Source of the DNA: the human T2T-CHM13v2.0 reference genome, Homo sapiens
Strand: one strand, 5' to 3'
Assembly (NCBI RefSeq): GCF_009914755.1
Contig: NC_060946.1
Length of the DNA: 64,000 bases
Shown here: positions 39,782-53,282 of the stretch, in pieces
Position numbering within the stretch: the first letter of the stretch is position 1
Layout of the letters: each line of letters opens with the position of its first letter
The notes under the pieces: model-generated
Database searches by the model: none
Seen by the model: the letters and a program-made list of their open reading frames with translations, nothing else
What the model was told of the DNA's origin: nothing
Program-made: the position numbers and the translations under genes

Positions 39782-42700
39782 TTTCCCTTTATCACCATGG
39801 GCCTCCAACCGTCCGAAACGTCCACTTCCATATACTACCAAAAGAGCGTTTCAAACCTGCTCTAGGAAAGGCAATGTTCAACTCTGTGACTTGAATGCAG
39901 ACATCACAGAGCAGTTTCTGAGAATGCTTCTGTCTAGATTTTATAGGAAGATATTCCCGTTTCCAACGAAATCTTCACAGCTATCCAAATATCCACTTGC
40001 AGATTCTACAAAAAGAGTGTATCAAAACTGCTCTGTCAAAAGGAAGGTTCTTCTCTGTTAGGTGAGTGCATACGTCATAAAGGAGTTTCTGAGAATGTTT
40101 CTGTCTAGTGGTTATGGGAAGATATTTGCTTTTTCACCGTAGGCCTCAGAGCGCTCCAAATATCCACTTGCACATACTACAAAAAGAGTGCCTCAAAGCT
40201 GCTCTTTGAAACGGAATGTTCAACTCTATGAGTTGAATGCAAACATCACAAAGACGTTTCTGAGAATGCTTCTGTCTAGATTTGATATGAAGATATTCCC
40301 GTTTCCAACGAAATCTTCAAATCTATCCAAATGTCCACTTGCAGATTCAACAAAAAGTGTTTTTCAGAACTGCTCTATCAAAAGAAAGATCCACCTGTGT
40401 TAGCTGAGTTCACACATCACAAACAAGTTTATGAGAATGCTTCTGTCTAGTTTTTATTTGAAGATATTTCCTTTCTCACCATAGACCTGAAAGCTGTCCT
40501 AATGTTCACTTCCAGATACTACAGAAAGAGTGTTTCAAAACTGCTGTACGAAAGGGAATTTTCAACTCTGTGACTTGAATGCACACATCACAAAGAAGTT
40601 TCTGAGGATGCTGCTGTCTACTTTTTATACGTAATCCCGTTTCCAACGAAATCCTCCAAGCTATCCAAATATCCACTTGCAGATTCCACAGAAAGACTGT
40701 TTCAAAACTGCTCTGTCAATAGAAAGGTTCAACTCTGTTAGCTGCGTGCATATATCCCAAAGAAGATTCTGAGATTGCTTCTGTCTAGTTTTTATGGGAA
40801 GGTATTTCCCTTTTCACCGTAGGCGTCAAGGCGCTCCAAATGTCCACTTCCAGATACTACAAAAAGAGTGTTTCAAACCTACTCTGTGAAAGGGAATATT
40901 CAACTCTGTGACTTGAATGCACATATCACAAAGAAGTTTCTGAGAATGCTTCTGTCGAGATTTTATATGAAGATATTCCCGTTTCCAACGAAATCCTGAA
41001 ATCTATCCAAATATCCCCTCGCAGATTCTACAAAAAGAGTGTTTCAAAACTGCTCTGTAAAAAGAAAGGTTCAACTCTGTTAGTTGAGTACACACATCAC
41101 AAACAAGTTTCACAGAATGCTTCTTTCTAGCTTGTAGGGGAAGATATTCCCTTTATCACCATGGTCCTCAAACCGTCCGAAACGTCCACTTCCATATACT
41201 ACAAAAAGAGCGTTTCAAACCTGCTCTAGGAAAGGCAATGTTCAACTCTGTGACTTGAATGCAGACATCACAGAACAGTTTCTGAGAATGCTTCTGTCTA
41301 GATTTTATAGGAAGATATTCCCGTTTCCAACGAAATCTTCACAGCTATCCAAATATCCACTTGCAGATTCTACAAAAAGAGTGTATCAAAACTGCTCTGT
41401 CAAAAGGAAGGTTCTTCTCTGTTATGTGAGTGCATACGTCATAAAGGAGTTTCTGAGAATGTTTCTGTCTAGTGGTTATGGGAAGATATTTGCTTTTTCA
41501 CCGTAGGCCTCAGAGCGCTCCAAATATCCACTTGCACATACTACAAAAAGAGTGCCTCAAAGCTGCTCTCTGAAACGGAATGTTCAACTCTATGAGTTGA
41601 ATGCAAACATCACAAAGACGTTTCTGAGAATGCTTCTGTCTAGATTTGATATGAAGATATTCCCGTTTCCAACGAAATCTTCAAATCTATCCAAATGTCC
41701 ACTTGCAGATTCAACAAAAAGTGTTTTTCAGAACTGCTCTATCAAAAGAAAGATCCACCTCTGTTAGCTGAGTTCACACATCACAAACAAGTTTATGAGA
41801 ATGCTTCTGTCTAGTTTTTATTTGAAGATATTTCCTTTCTCACCATAGACCTGAAAGCTGTCCTAATGTTCACTTCCAGATACTACAGAAAGAGTGTTTT
41901 AAAACTGCTGTACGAAAGGGAATGTTCAACTCTGTGACTTGAATGCACACATCACAAAGAAGTTTCTGAGGATGCTGCTGTCTACTTTTTATACGTAATC
42001 CCGTTTCCAACGAAATCCTCCAAGCTATCCAAACATCCACTTGCAGATTCCACAGAAAGACTGTTTCAAAACTGCTCTGTCAATAGAAAGGTTCAACTCT
42101 GTTAGCTGCGTGCATATATCCCAAAGAAGATTCTGAGATTGCTTCTGTCTAGTTTTTATGGGAAGATATTTCCCTTTTCACCGTAGGCGTCAAGGCGCTC
42201 CAAATGTCCACTTCCAGATACTACAAAAAGAGTGTTTCAAACCTACTCTGTGAAAGCGAATATTCAACTCTGTGACTTGAATGCACATATCACAAAGAAG
42301 TTTCTGAGAATGCTTCTGTCGAGATTTTATATGAACATATTCCCGTTTCCAAGGAAATCCTGAAATCTATCCAAATATCCCCTCGCAGATTCTACAAAAA
42401 GAGTGTTTCAAAACTGCTCTGTAAAAAGAAAGGTTCAACTCTGTTAGTTGAGTACACACATCACAAACAAGTTTCACAGAATGCTTCTTTCTAGCTTGTA
42501 GGGGAAGATATTCCCTTTATCACCATGGGCCTCCAACCGTCCGAAACGTCCACTTCCATATACTACAAAAAGAGCGTTTCAAACCTGCTCTAGGAAAGGC
42601 AATGTTCAACTCTGTGACTTGAATGCAGACATCACAGAGCAGTTTCTGAGAATGCTTCTGTCTAGATTTTATAGGAAGATATTCCCGTTTCCAACGAAAT

Positions 42701-45700
42701 CTTCACAGCTATCCAAATATCCACTTGCAGATTCTACAAAAAGAGTGTATCAAAACTGCTCTGTCAAAAGGAAGGTTCTTCTCTGTTAGGTGAGTGCATA
42801 CGTCATAAAGGAGTTTCTGAGAATGTTTCTGTCTAGTGGTTATGGGAAGATATTTGCTTTTTCACCGTAGGCCTCAGAGCGCTCCAAATATCCACTTGCA
42901 CATACTACAAAAAGAGTGCCTCAAAGCTGCTCTTTGAAACGGAATGTTCAACTCTATGAGTTGAATGCAAACATCACAAAGACGTTTCTGAGAATGCTTC
43001 TGTCTAGATTTGATATGAAGATATTCCCGTTTCCAACGAAATCTTCAAATCTATCCAAATGTCCACTTGCAGATTCAACAAAAAGTGTTTTTCAGAACTG
43101 CTCTATCAAAAGAAAGATCCACCTGTGTTAGCTGAGTTCACACATCACAAACAAGTTTATGAGAATGCTTCTGTCTAGTTTTTATTTGAAGATATTTCCT
43201 TTCTCACCATAGACCTGAAAGCTGTCCTAATGTTCACTTCCAGATACTACAGAAAGAGTGTTTCAAAACTGCTGTACGAAAGGGAATTTTCAACTCTGTG
43301 ACTTGAATGCACACATCACAAAGAAGTTTCTGAGGATGCTGCTGTCTACTTTTTATACGTAATCCCGTTTCCAACGAAATCCTCCAAGCTATCCAAATAT
43401 CCACTTGCAGATTCCACAGAAAGACTGTTTCAAAACTGCTCTGTCAATAGAAAGGTTCAACTCTGTTAGCTGCGTGCATATATCCCAAAGAAGATTCTGA
43501 GATTGCTTCTGTCTAGTTTTTATGGGAAGGTATTTCCCTTTTCACCGTAGGCGTCAAGGCGCTCCAAATGTCCACTTCCAGATACTACAAAAAGAGTGTT
43601 TCAAACCTACTCTGTGAAAGGGAATATTCAACTCTGTGACTTGAATGCACATATCACAAAGAAGTTTCTGAGAATGCTTCTGTCGAGATTTTATATGAAG
43701 ATATTCCCGTTTCCAACGAAATCCTGAAATCTATCCAAATATCCCCTCGCAGATTCTACAAAAAGAGTGTTTCAAAACTGCTCTGTAAAAAGAAAGGTTC
43801 AACTCTGTTAGTTGAGTACACACATCACAAACAAGTTTCACAGAATGCTTCTTTCTAGCTTGTAGGGGAAGATATTCCCTTTATCACCATGGTCCTCAAA
43901 CCGTCCGAAACGTCCACTTCCATATACTACAAAAAGAGCGTTTCAAACCTGCTCTAGGAAAGGCAATGTTCAACTCTGTGACTTGAATGCAGACATCACA
44001 GAACAGTTTCTGAGAATGCTTCTGTCTAGATTTTATAGGAAGATATTCCCGTTTCCAACGAAATCTTCACAGCTATCCAAATATCCACTTGCAGATTCTA
44101 CAAAAAGAGTGTATCAAAACTGCTCTGTCAAAAGGAAGGTTCTTCTCTGTTATGTGAGTGCATACGTCATAAAGGAGTTTCTGAGAATGTTTCTGTCTAG
44201 TGGTTATGGGAAGATATTTGCTTTTTCACCGTAGGCCTCAGAGCGCTCCAAATATCCACTTGCACATACTACAAAAAGAGTGCCTCAAAGCTGCTCTCTG
44301 AAACGGAATGTTCAACTCTATGAGTTGAATGCAAACATCACAAAGACGTTTCTGAGAATGCTTCTGTCTAGATTTGATATGAAGATATTCCCGTTTCCAA
44401 CGAAATCTTCAAATCTATCCAAATGTCCACTTGCAGATTCAACAAAAAGTGTTTTTCAGAACTGCTCTATCAAAAGAAAGATCCACCTCTGTTAGCTGAG
44501 TTCACACATCACAAACAAGTTTATGAGAATGCTTCTGTCTAGTTTTTATTTGAAGATATTTCCTTTCTCACCATAGACCTGAAAGCTGTCCTAATGTTCA
44601 CTTCCAGATACTACAGAAAGAGTGTTTCAAAACTGCTGTACGAAAGGGAATGTTCAACTCTGTGACTTGAATGCACACATCACAAAGAAGTTTCTGAGGA
44701 TGCTGCTGTCTACTTTTTATACGTAATCCCGTTTCCAACGAAATCCTCCAAGCTATCCAAATATCCACTTGCAGATTCCACAGAAAGACTGTTTCAAAAC
44801 TGCTCTGTCAATAGAAAGGTTCAACTCTGTTAGCTGCGTGCATATATCCCAAAGAAGATTCTGAGATTGCTTCTGTCTAGTTTTTATGGGAAGATATTTC
44901 CCTTTTCACCGTAGGCGTCAAGGCGCTCCAAATGTCCACTTCCAGATACTACAAAAAGAGTGTTTCAAACCTACTCTGTGAAAGCGAATATTCAACTCTG
45001 TGACTTTAATGCACATATCACAAAGAAGTTTCTGAGAATGCTTCTGTCGAGATTTTATATGAAGATATTCCCGTTTCCAACGAAATCCTGAAATCTATCC
45101 AAATATCCCCTCGCAGATTCTACAAAAAGAGTGTTTCAAAACTGCTCTGTAAAAAGAAAGGTTCAACTCTGTTAGTTGAGTACACACATCACAAACAAGT
45201 TTCACAGAATGCTTCTTTCTAGCTTGTAGGGGAAGATATTCCCTTTATCACCATGGGCCTCCAACCGTCCGAAACGTCCACTTCCATATACTACCAAAAG
45301 AGCGTTTCAAACCTGCTCTAGGAAAGGCAATGTTCAACTCTGTGACTTGAATGCAGACATCACAGAGCAGTTTCTGAGAATGCTTCTGTCTAGATTTTAT
45401 AGGAAGATATTCCCGTTTCCAACGAAATCTTCACAGCTATCCAAATATCCACTTGCAGATTCTACAAAAAGAGTGTATCAAAACTGCTCTGTCAAAAGGA
45501 AGGTTCTTCTCTGTTAGGTGAGTGCATACGTCATAAAGGAGTTTCTGAGAATGTTTCTGTCTAGTGGTTATGGGAAGATATTTGCTTTTTCACCGTAGGC
45601 CTCAGAGCGCTCCAAATATCCACTTGCACATACTACAAAAAGAGTGCCTCAAAGCTGCTCTCTGAAACGGAATGTTCAACTCTATGAGTTGAATGCAAAC

Positions 45701-48700
45701 ATCACAAAGACGTTTCTGAGAATGCTTCTGTCTAGATTTGATATGAAGATATTCCCGTTTCCAACGAAATCTTCAAATCTATCCAAATGTCCACTTGCAG
45801 ATTCAACAAAAAGTGTTTTTCAGAACTGCTCTATCAAAAGAAAGATCCACCTCTGTTAGCTGAGTTCACACATCACAAACAAGTTTATGAGAATGCTTCT
45901 GTCTAGTTTTTATTTGAAGATATTTCCTTTCTCACCATAGACCTGAAAGCTGTCCTAATGTTCACTTCCAGATACTACAGAAAGAGTGTTTCAAAACTGC
46001 TGTACGAAAGGGAATGTTCAACTCTGTGACTTGAATGCACACATCACAAAGAAGTTTCTGAGGATGCTGCTGTCTACTTTTTATACGTAATCCCGTTTCC
46101 AACGAAATCCTCCAAGCTATCCAAATATCCACTTGCAGATTCCACAGAAAGACTGTTTCAAAACTGCTCTGTCAATAGAAAGGTTCAACTCTGTTAGCTG
46201 CGTGCATATATCCCAAAGAAGATTCTGAGATTGCTTCTGTCTAGTTTTTATGGGAAGATATTTCCCTTTTCACCGTAGGCGTCAAGGCGCTCCAAATGTC
46301 CACTTCCAGATACTACAAAAAGAGTGTTTCAAACCTACTCTGTGAAAGGGAATATTCAACTCTGTGACTTGAATGCACATATCACAAAGAAGTTTCTGAG
46401 AATGCTTCTGTCGAGATTTTATATGAAGATGTTCCCGTTTCCAACGAAATCCTGAAATCTATCCAAATATCACCTCGCAGATTCTACAAAAAGAGTGTTT
46501 CAAAACTGCTCTGTAAAAAGAAAGTTTCAACTCTGTTACTTGAGTACACACATCACAAACAAGTTTCACAGAATGCTTCTTTCTAGCTTGTAGGGGAAGA
46601 TATTCCCTTTATCACCATGGTCCTCAAACCGTCCGAAACGTCCACTTCCATATACTACAAAAAGAGCGTTACAAACCTGCTCTATGAAAGGCAATGTTCA
46701 ACTCTGTGACGTGAATGCAGACATCACAGAGCAGTTTCTGAGAATGCTTCTGTCTAGATTTTATAGGAAGATATTCCCGTTTCCAACGAAATCTTCACAG
46801 CTATCCAAATATCCACTTGCAGATTCTACAAAAAGAGTGTATCAAAACTGCTCTGTCAAAAGGAAGGTTCTTCTCTGTTAGGTGAGTGCATACGTCATAA
46901 AGGAGTTTCTGAGAATGTTTCTGTCTAGTGGTTATGGGAAGATATTTGCTTTTTCACCGTAGGCCTCAGAGCGCTCCAAATATCCACTTGCACATACTAC
47001 AAAAAGAGTGCCTCAAAGCTGCTCTCTGAAACGGAATGTTCAACTCTATGAGTTGAATGCAAACATCACAAAGACGTTTCTGAGAATGCTTCTGTCTAGA
47101 TTTGATATGAAGATATTCCCGTTTCCAACGAAATCTTCAAATCTATCCAAATGTCCACTTGCATAATCAACAAAAGTGTTTTTCAGAACTGCTCTATCAA
47201 AAGAAAGATCCACCTCTGTTAGCTGAGTTCACACATCACAAACAAGTTTATGAGAATGCTTCTGTCTAGTTTTTATTTGAAGATATTTCCTTTCTCACCA
47301 TAGACCTGAAAGCTGTCCTAATGTTCACTTCCAGATACTACAGAAAGAGTGTTTCAAAACTGCTGTACGAAAGGGAATGTTCAACTCTGTGACTTGAATG
47401 CACACATCACAAAGAAGTTTCTGAGGATGCTGCTGTCTACTTTTTATACGTAATCCCGTTTCCAACGAAATCCTCCAAGCTATCCAAACATCCACTTGCA
47501 GATTCCACAGAAAGACTGTTTCAAAACTGCTCTGTCAATAGAAAGGTTCAACTCTGTTAGCTGCGTGCATATATCCCAAAGAAGATTCTGAGATTGCTTC
47601 TGTCTAGTTTTTATGGGAAGATATTTCCCTTTTCACCGTAGGCGTCAAGGCGCTCCAAATGTCCACTTCCAGATACTACAAAAAGAGTGTTTCAAACCTA
47701 CTCTGTGAAAGCGAATATTCAACTCTGTGACTTGAATGCACATATCACAAAGAAGTTTCTGAGAATGCTTCTGTCGAGATTTTATATGAAGATATTCCCG
47801 TTTCCAAGGAAATCCTGAAATCTATCCAAATATCCCCTCGCAGATTCTACAAAAAGAGTGTTTCAAAACTGCTCTGTAAAAAGAAAGGTTCAACTCTGTT
47901 AGTTGAGTACACACATCACAAACAAGTTTCACAGAATGCTTCTTTCTAGCTTGTAGGGGAAGATATTCCCTTTATCACCATGGGCCTCCAACCGTCCGAA
48001 ACGTCCACTTCCATATACTACCAAAAGAGCGTTTCAAACCTGCTCTAGGAAAGGCAATGTTCAACTCTGTGACTTGAATGCAGACATCACAGAGCAGTTT
48101 CTGAGAATGCTTCTGTCTAGATTTTATAGGAAGATATTCCCGTTTCCAACGAAATCTTCACAGCTATCCAAATATCCACTTGCAGATTCTACAAAAAGAG
48201 TGTATCAAAACTGCTCTGTCAAAAGGAAGGTTCTTCTCTGTTAGGTGAGTGCATACGTCATAAAGGAGTTTCTGAGAATGTTTCTGTCTAGTGGTTATGG
48301 GAAGATATTTGCTTTTTCACCGTAGGCCTCAGAGCGCTCCAAATATCCACTTGCACATACTACAAAAAGAGTGCCTCAAAGCTGCTCTTTGAAACGGAAT
48401 GTTCAACTCTATGAGTTGAATGCAAACATCACAAAGACGTTTCTGAGAATGCTTCTGTCTAGATTTGATATGAAGATATTCCCGTTTCCAACGAAATCTT
48501 CAAATCTATCCAAATGTCCACTTGCAGATTCAACAAAAAGTGTTTTTCAGAACTGCTCTATCAAAAGAAAGATCCACCTCTGTTAGCTGAGTTCACACAT
48601 CACAAACAAGTTTATGAGAATGCTTCTGTCTAGTTTTTATTTGAAGATATTTCCTTTCTCACCATAGACCTGAAAGCTGTCCTAATGTTCACTTCCAGAT

Positions 48701-51700
48701 ACTACAGAAAGAGTGTTTCAAAACTGCTGTATGAAAGGGAATGTTCAACTCTGTGACTTGAATGCACACATCACAAAGAAGTTTCTGAGGATGCTGCTGT
48801 CTACTTTTTATATGTAATCCCGTTTCCAACGAAATCCTCCAAGCTATCCAAATATCCACTTGCAGATTCCACAGAAAGACTGTTTCAAAACTGCTCTGTC
48901 AATAGAAAGGTTCAACTCTGTTAGCTGCGTGCATATATCCCAAAGAAGATTCTGAGATTGCTTCTGTCTAGTTTTTATGGGAAGATATTTCCCTTTTCAC
49001 CGTAGGCGTCAAGGCGCTCCAAATGTCCACTTCCAGATACTACAAAAAGAGTGTTTCAAACCTACTCTGTGAAAGGGAATATTCAACTCTGTGACTTGAA
49101 TGCACATATCACAAAGAAGTTTCTGATAATGCTTCTGTCGAGATTTTATATGAAGATATTCCCGTTTCCAACGAAATCCTGAAATCTATCCAAATATCCC
49201 CTCGCAGATTCTACAAAAAGAGTGTTTCAAAACTGCTCTGTAAAAAGAAAGGTTCAACTCTGTTAGTTGAGTACACACATCACAAACAAGTTTCACAGAA
49301 TGCTTCTTTCTAGCTTGTAGGGGAAGATATTCCCTTTATCACCATGGGCCTCCAACCGTCCGAAACATCCACTTCCATATACTACAAAAAGAGCGTTTCA
49401 AACCTGCTCTATGAAAGGCAATGTTCAACTCTGTGACTTGAAAGCAGACATCACAGAGCAGTTTCTGAGAATGCTTCTGTCTAGATTTTATAGGAAGATA
49501 TTCCCGTTTCCAACGAAATCTTCACATCTATCCAAATATCCACTTGCAGATTCTTCAAAAAGAGTGTATCAAAACTGCTCTGTCAAAAGGAAGGTTCTTC
49601 TCTGTTAGGTGAGTGCATACGTCATAAAGGAGTTTCTGGGAATGTTTCTGTCTAGTGGTTATGGGAAGATATTTGCTTTTTCACCGTAGGCCTCAGAGCG
49701 CTCCAAATATCCACTTGCACATACTACAAAAAGAGTGCCTCAAAGCTGCTCTCTGAAACGGAATGTTCAACTCTATGAGTTGAATGCAAACATCACAAAG
49801 ACGTTTCTGAGAATGCTTCTGTCTAGATTTGATATGAAGATATTCCCGTTTCCAACGAAATCTTCAAATCTATCCAAATGTCCACTTGCATAATCAACAA
49901 AAAGTGTTTTTCAGAACTGCTCTATCAAAAGAAAGATCCACGTCTGTTAGCTGAGTTCACACATCACAAACAAGTTTATGAGAATGCTTCTGTCTAGTTT
50001 TTATTTGAAGATATTTCCTTTCTCACCATAGACCTGAAAGCTGTCCTAATGTTCACTTCCAGATACTACAGAAAGAGTGTTTCAAAACTGCTGTACGAAA
50101 GGGAATTTTCAACTCTGTGACTTGAATGCACACATCACAAAGAAGTTTCTGAGGATGCTGCTGTCTACTTTTTATACGTAATCCCGTTTCCAACGAAATC
50201 CTCCAAGCTATCCAAATATCCACTTGCAGATTCCACAGAAAGACTGTTTCAAAACTGCTCTGTCAATAGAAAGGTTCAACTCTGTTAGCTGCGTGCATAT
50301 ATCCCAAAGAAGATTCTGAGATTGCTTCTGTCTAGTTTTTATGGGAAGATATTTCCCTTTTCACCGTAGGCGTCAAGGCGCTCCAAATGTCCACTTCCAG
50401 ATACTACAAAAAGAGTGTTTCAAACCTACTCTGTGAAAGGGAATATTCAACTCTGTGACTTGAATGCACATATCACAAAGAAGTTTCTGAGAATGCTTCT
50501 GTCGAGATTTTATATGAAGATATTCCCGTTTCCAACGAAATCCTGAAATCTATCCAAATATCCCCTCGCAGATTCTACAAAAAGAGTGTTTCAAAACTGC
50601 TCTGTAAAAAGAAAGGTTCAACTCTGTTAGTTGAGTACACACATCACAAACAAGTTTCACAGAATGCTTCTTTCTAGCTTGTAGGGGAAGATATTCCCTT
50701 TATCACCATGGGCCTCCAACCGTCCGAAACATCCACTTCCATATACTACAAAAAGAGCGTTTCAAACCTGCTCTATGAAAGGCAATGTTCAACTCTGTGA
50801 CTTGAATGCAGACATCACAGAGCAGTTTCTGAGAATGCTTCTGTCTAGATTTTATAGGAAGATATTCCCGTTTCCAACGAAATCTTCACAGCTATCCAAA
50901 TATCCACTTGCAGATTCTACAAAAAGAGTGTATCAAAACTGCTCTGTCAAAAGGAAGGTTCTTCTCTGTTAGGTGAGTGCATACGTCATAAAGGAGTTTC
51001 TGAGAATGTTTCTGTCTAGTGGTTATGGGAAGATATTTGCTTTTTCACCGTAGGCCTCAGAGCGCTCCAAATATCCACTTGCACATACTACAAAAAGAGT
51101 GCCTCAAAGCTGCTCTCTGAAACGGAATGTTCAACTCTATGAGTTGAATGCAAACATCACAAAGACGTTTCTGAGAATGCTTCTGTCTAGATTTGATATG
51201 AAGATATTCCCGTTTCCAATGAAATCTTCAAATCTATCCAAATGTCCACTTGCAGATTCAACAAAAAGTGTTTTTCAGAACTGCTCTATCAAAAGAAAGA
51301 TCCACCTCTGTTAGCTGAGTTCACACATCACAAACAAGTTTATGAGAATGCTTCTGTCTAGTTTTTATTTGAAGATATTTCCTTTCTCACCATAGACCTG
51401 AAAGCTGTCCTAATGTTCACTTCCAGATACTACAGAAAGAGTGTTTCAAAACTGCTGTACGAAAGGGAATGTTCAACTCTGTGACTTGAATGCACACATC
51501 ACAAAGAAGTTTCTGAGGATGCTGCTGTCTACTTTTTATACGTAATCCCGTTTCCAACGAAATCCTCCAAGCTATCCAAATATCCACTTGCAGATTCCAC
51601 AGAAAGACTGTTTCAAAACTGCTCTGTCAATAGAAAGGTTCAACTCTGTTAGCTGCGTGCATATATCCCAAAGAAGATTCTGAGATTGCTTCTGTCTAGT

Positions 51701-53282
51701 TTTTATGGGAAGATATTTCCCTTTTCACCGTAGGCGTCAAGGCGCTCCAAATGTCCACTTCCAGATACTACAAAAAGAGTGTTTCAAACCTACTCTGTGA
51801 AAGGGAATATTCAACTCTGTGACTTGAATGCACATATCACAAAGAAGTTTCTGAGAATGCTTCTGTCGAGATTTTATATGAAGATATTCCCGTTTCCAAC
51901 GAAATCCTGAAATCTATCCAAATATCCCCTCGCAGATTCTACAAAAAGAGTGTTTCAAAACTGCTCTGTAAAAAGAAAGGTTCAACTCTGTTAGTTGAGT
52001 ACACACATCACAAACAAGTTTCACAGAATGCTTCTTTCTAGCTTGTAGGGGAAGATATTCCCTTTATCACCATGGTCCTCAAACCGTCCGAAACGTCCAC
52101 TTCCATATACTACAAAAAGAGCGTTTCAAACCTGCTCTATGAAAGGCAATGTTCCACTCTGTGACTTGAATGCAGACATCACAGAGCAGTTTCTGAGAAT
52201 GCTTCTGTCTAGATTTTATAGGAAGATATTCCCGTTTCCAACGAAATCTTCACAGCTATCCAAATATCCACTTGCAGATTCTACAAAAAGAGTGTATCAA
52301 AACTGCTCTGTCAAAAGGAAGGTTCTTCTCTGTTAGGTGAGTGCATACGTCATAAAGGAGTTTCTGAGAATGTTTCTGTCTAGTGGTTATGGGAAGATAT
52401 TTGCTTTTTCACCGTAGGCCTCAGAGCGCCCCAAATATCCACTTGCACATACTACAAAAAGAGTGCCTCAAAGCTGCTCTCTGAAACGGAATGTTCAACT
52501 CTATGAGTTGAATGCAAACATCACAAAGACGTTTCTGAGAATGCTTCTGTCTAGATTTGATATGAAGATATTCCCGTTTCCAACGAAATCTTCAAATCTA
52601 TCCAAATGTCCACTTGCATAATCAACAAAAAGTGTTTTTCAGAACTGCTCTATCAAAAGAAAGATCCACCTCTGTTAGCTGAGTTCACACATCACAAACA
52701 AGTTTATGAGAATGCTTCTGTCTAGTTTTTATTTGAAGATATTTCCTTTCTCACCATAGACCTGAAAGCTGTCCTAATGTTCACTTCCAGATACTACAGA
52801 AAGAGTGTTTCAAAACTGCTGTACGAAAGGGAATGTTCAACTCTGTGACTTGAATGCACACATCACAAAGAAGTTTCTGAGGATGCTGCTGTCTACTTTT
52901 TATACGTAATCCCGTTTCCAACGAAATCCTCCAAGCTATCCAAATATCCACTTGCAGATTCCACAGAAAGACTGTTTCAAAACTGCTCTGTCAATAGAAA
53001 GGTTCAACTCTGTTAGCTGCGTGCATATATCCCAAAGAAGATTCTGAGATTGCTTCTGTCTAGTTTTTATGGGAAGATATTTCCCTTTTCACCGTAGGCG
53101 TCAAGGCGCTCCAAATGTCCACTTCCAGATACTACAAAAAGAGTGTTTCAAACCTACTCTGTGAAAGCGAATATTCAACTCTGTGACTTGAATGCACATA
53201 TCACAAAGAAGTTTCTGAGAATGCTTCTGTCGAGATTTTATATGAAGATATTCCCGTTTCCAACGAAATCCTGAAATCTATC

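Noticed and set aside
31707-44234. Four 83-aa ORFs
   Set aside because: They arise from one TAG>TAT substitution copied by duplication and start at TTG. Useful only as haplotype markers.
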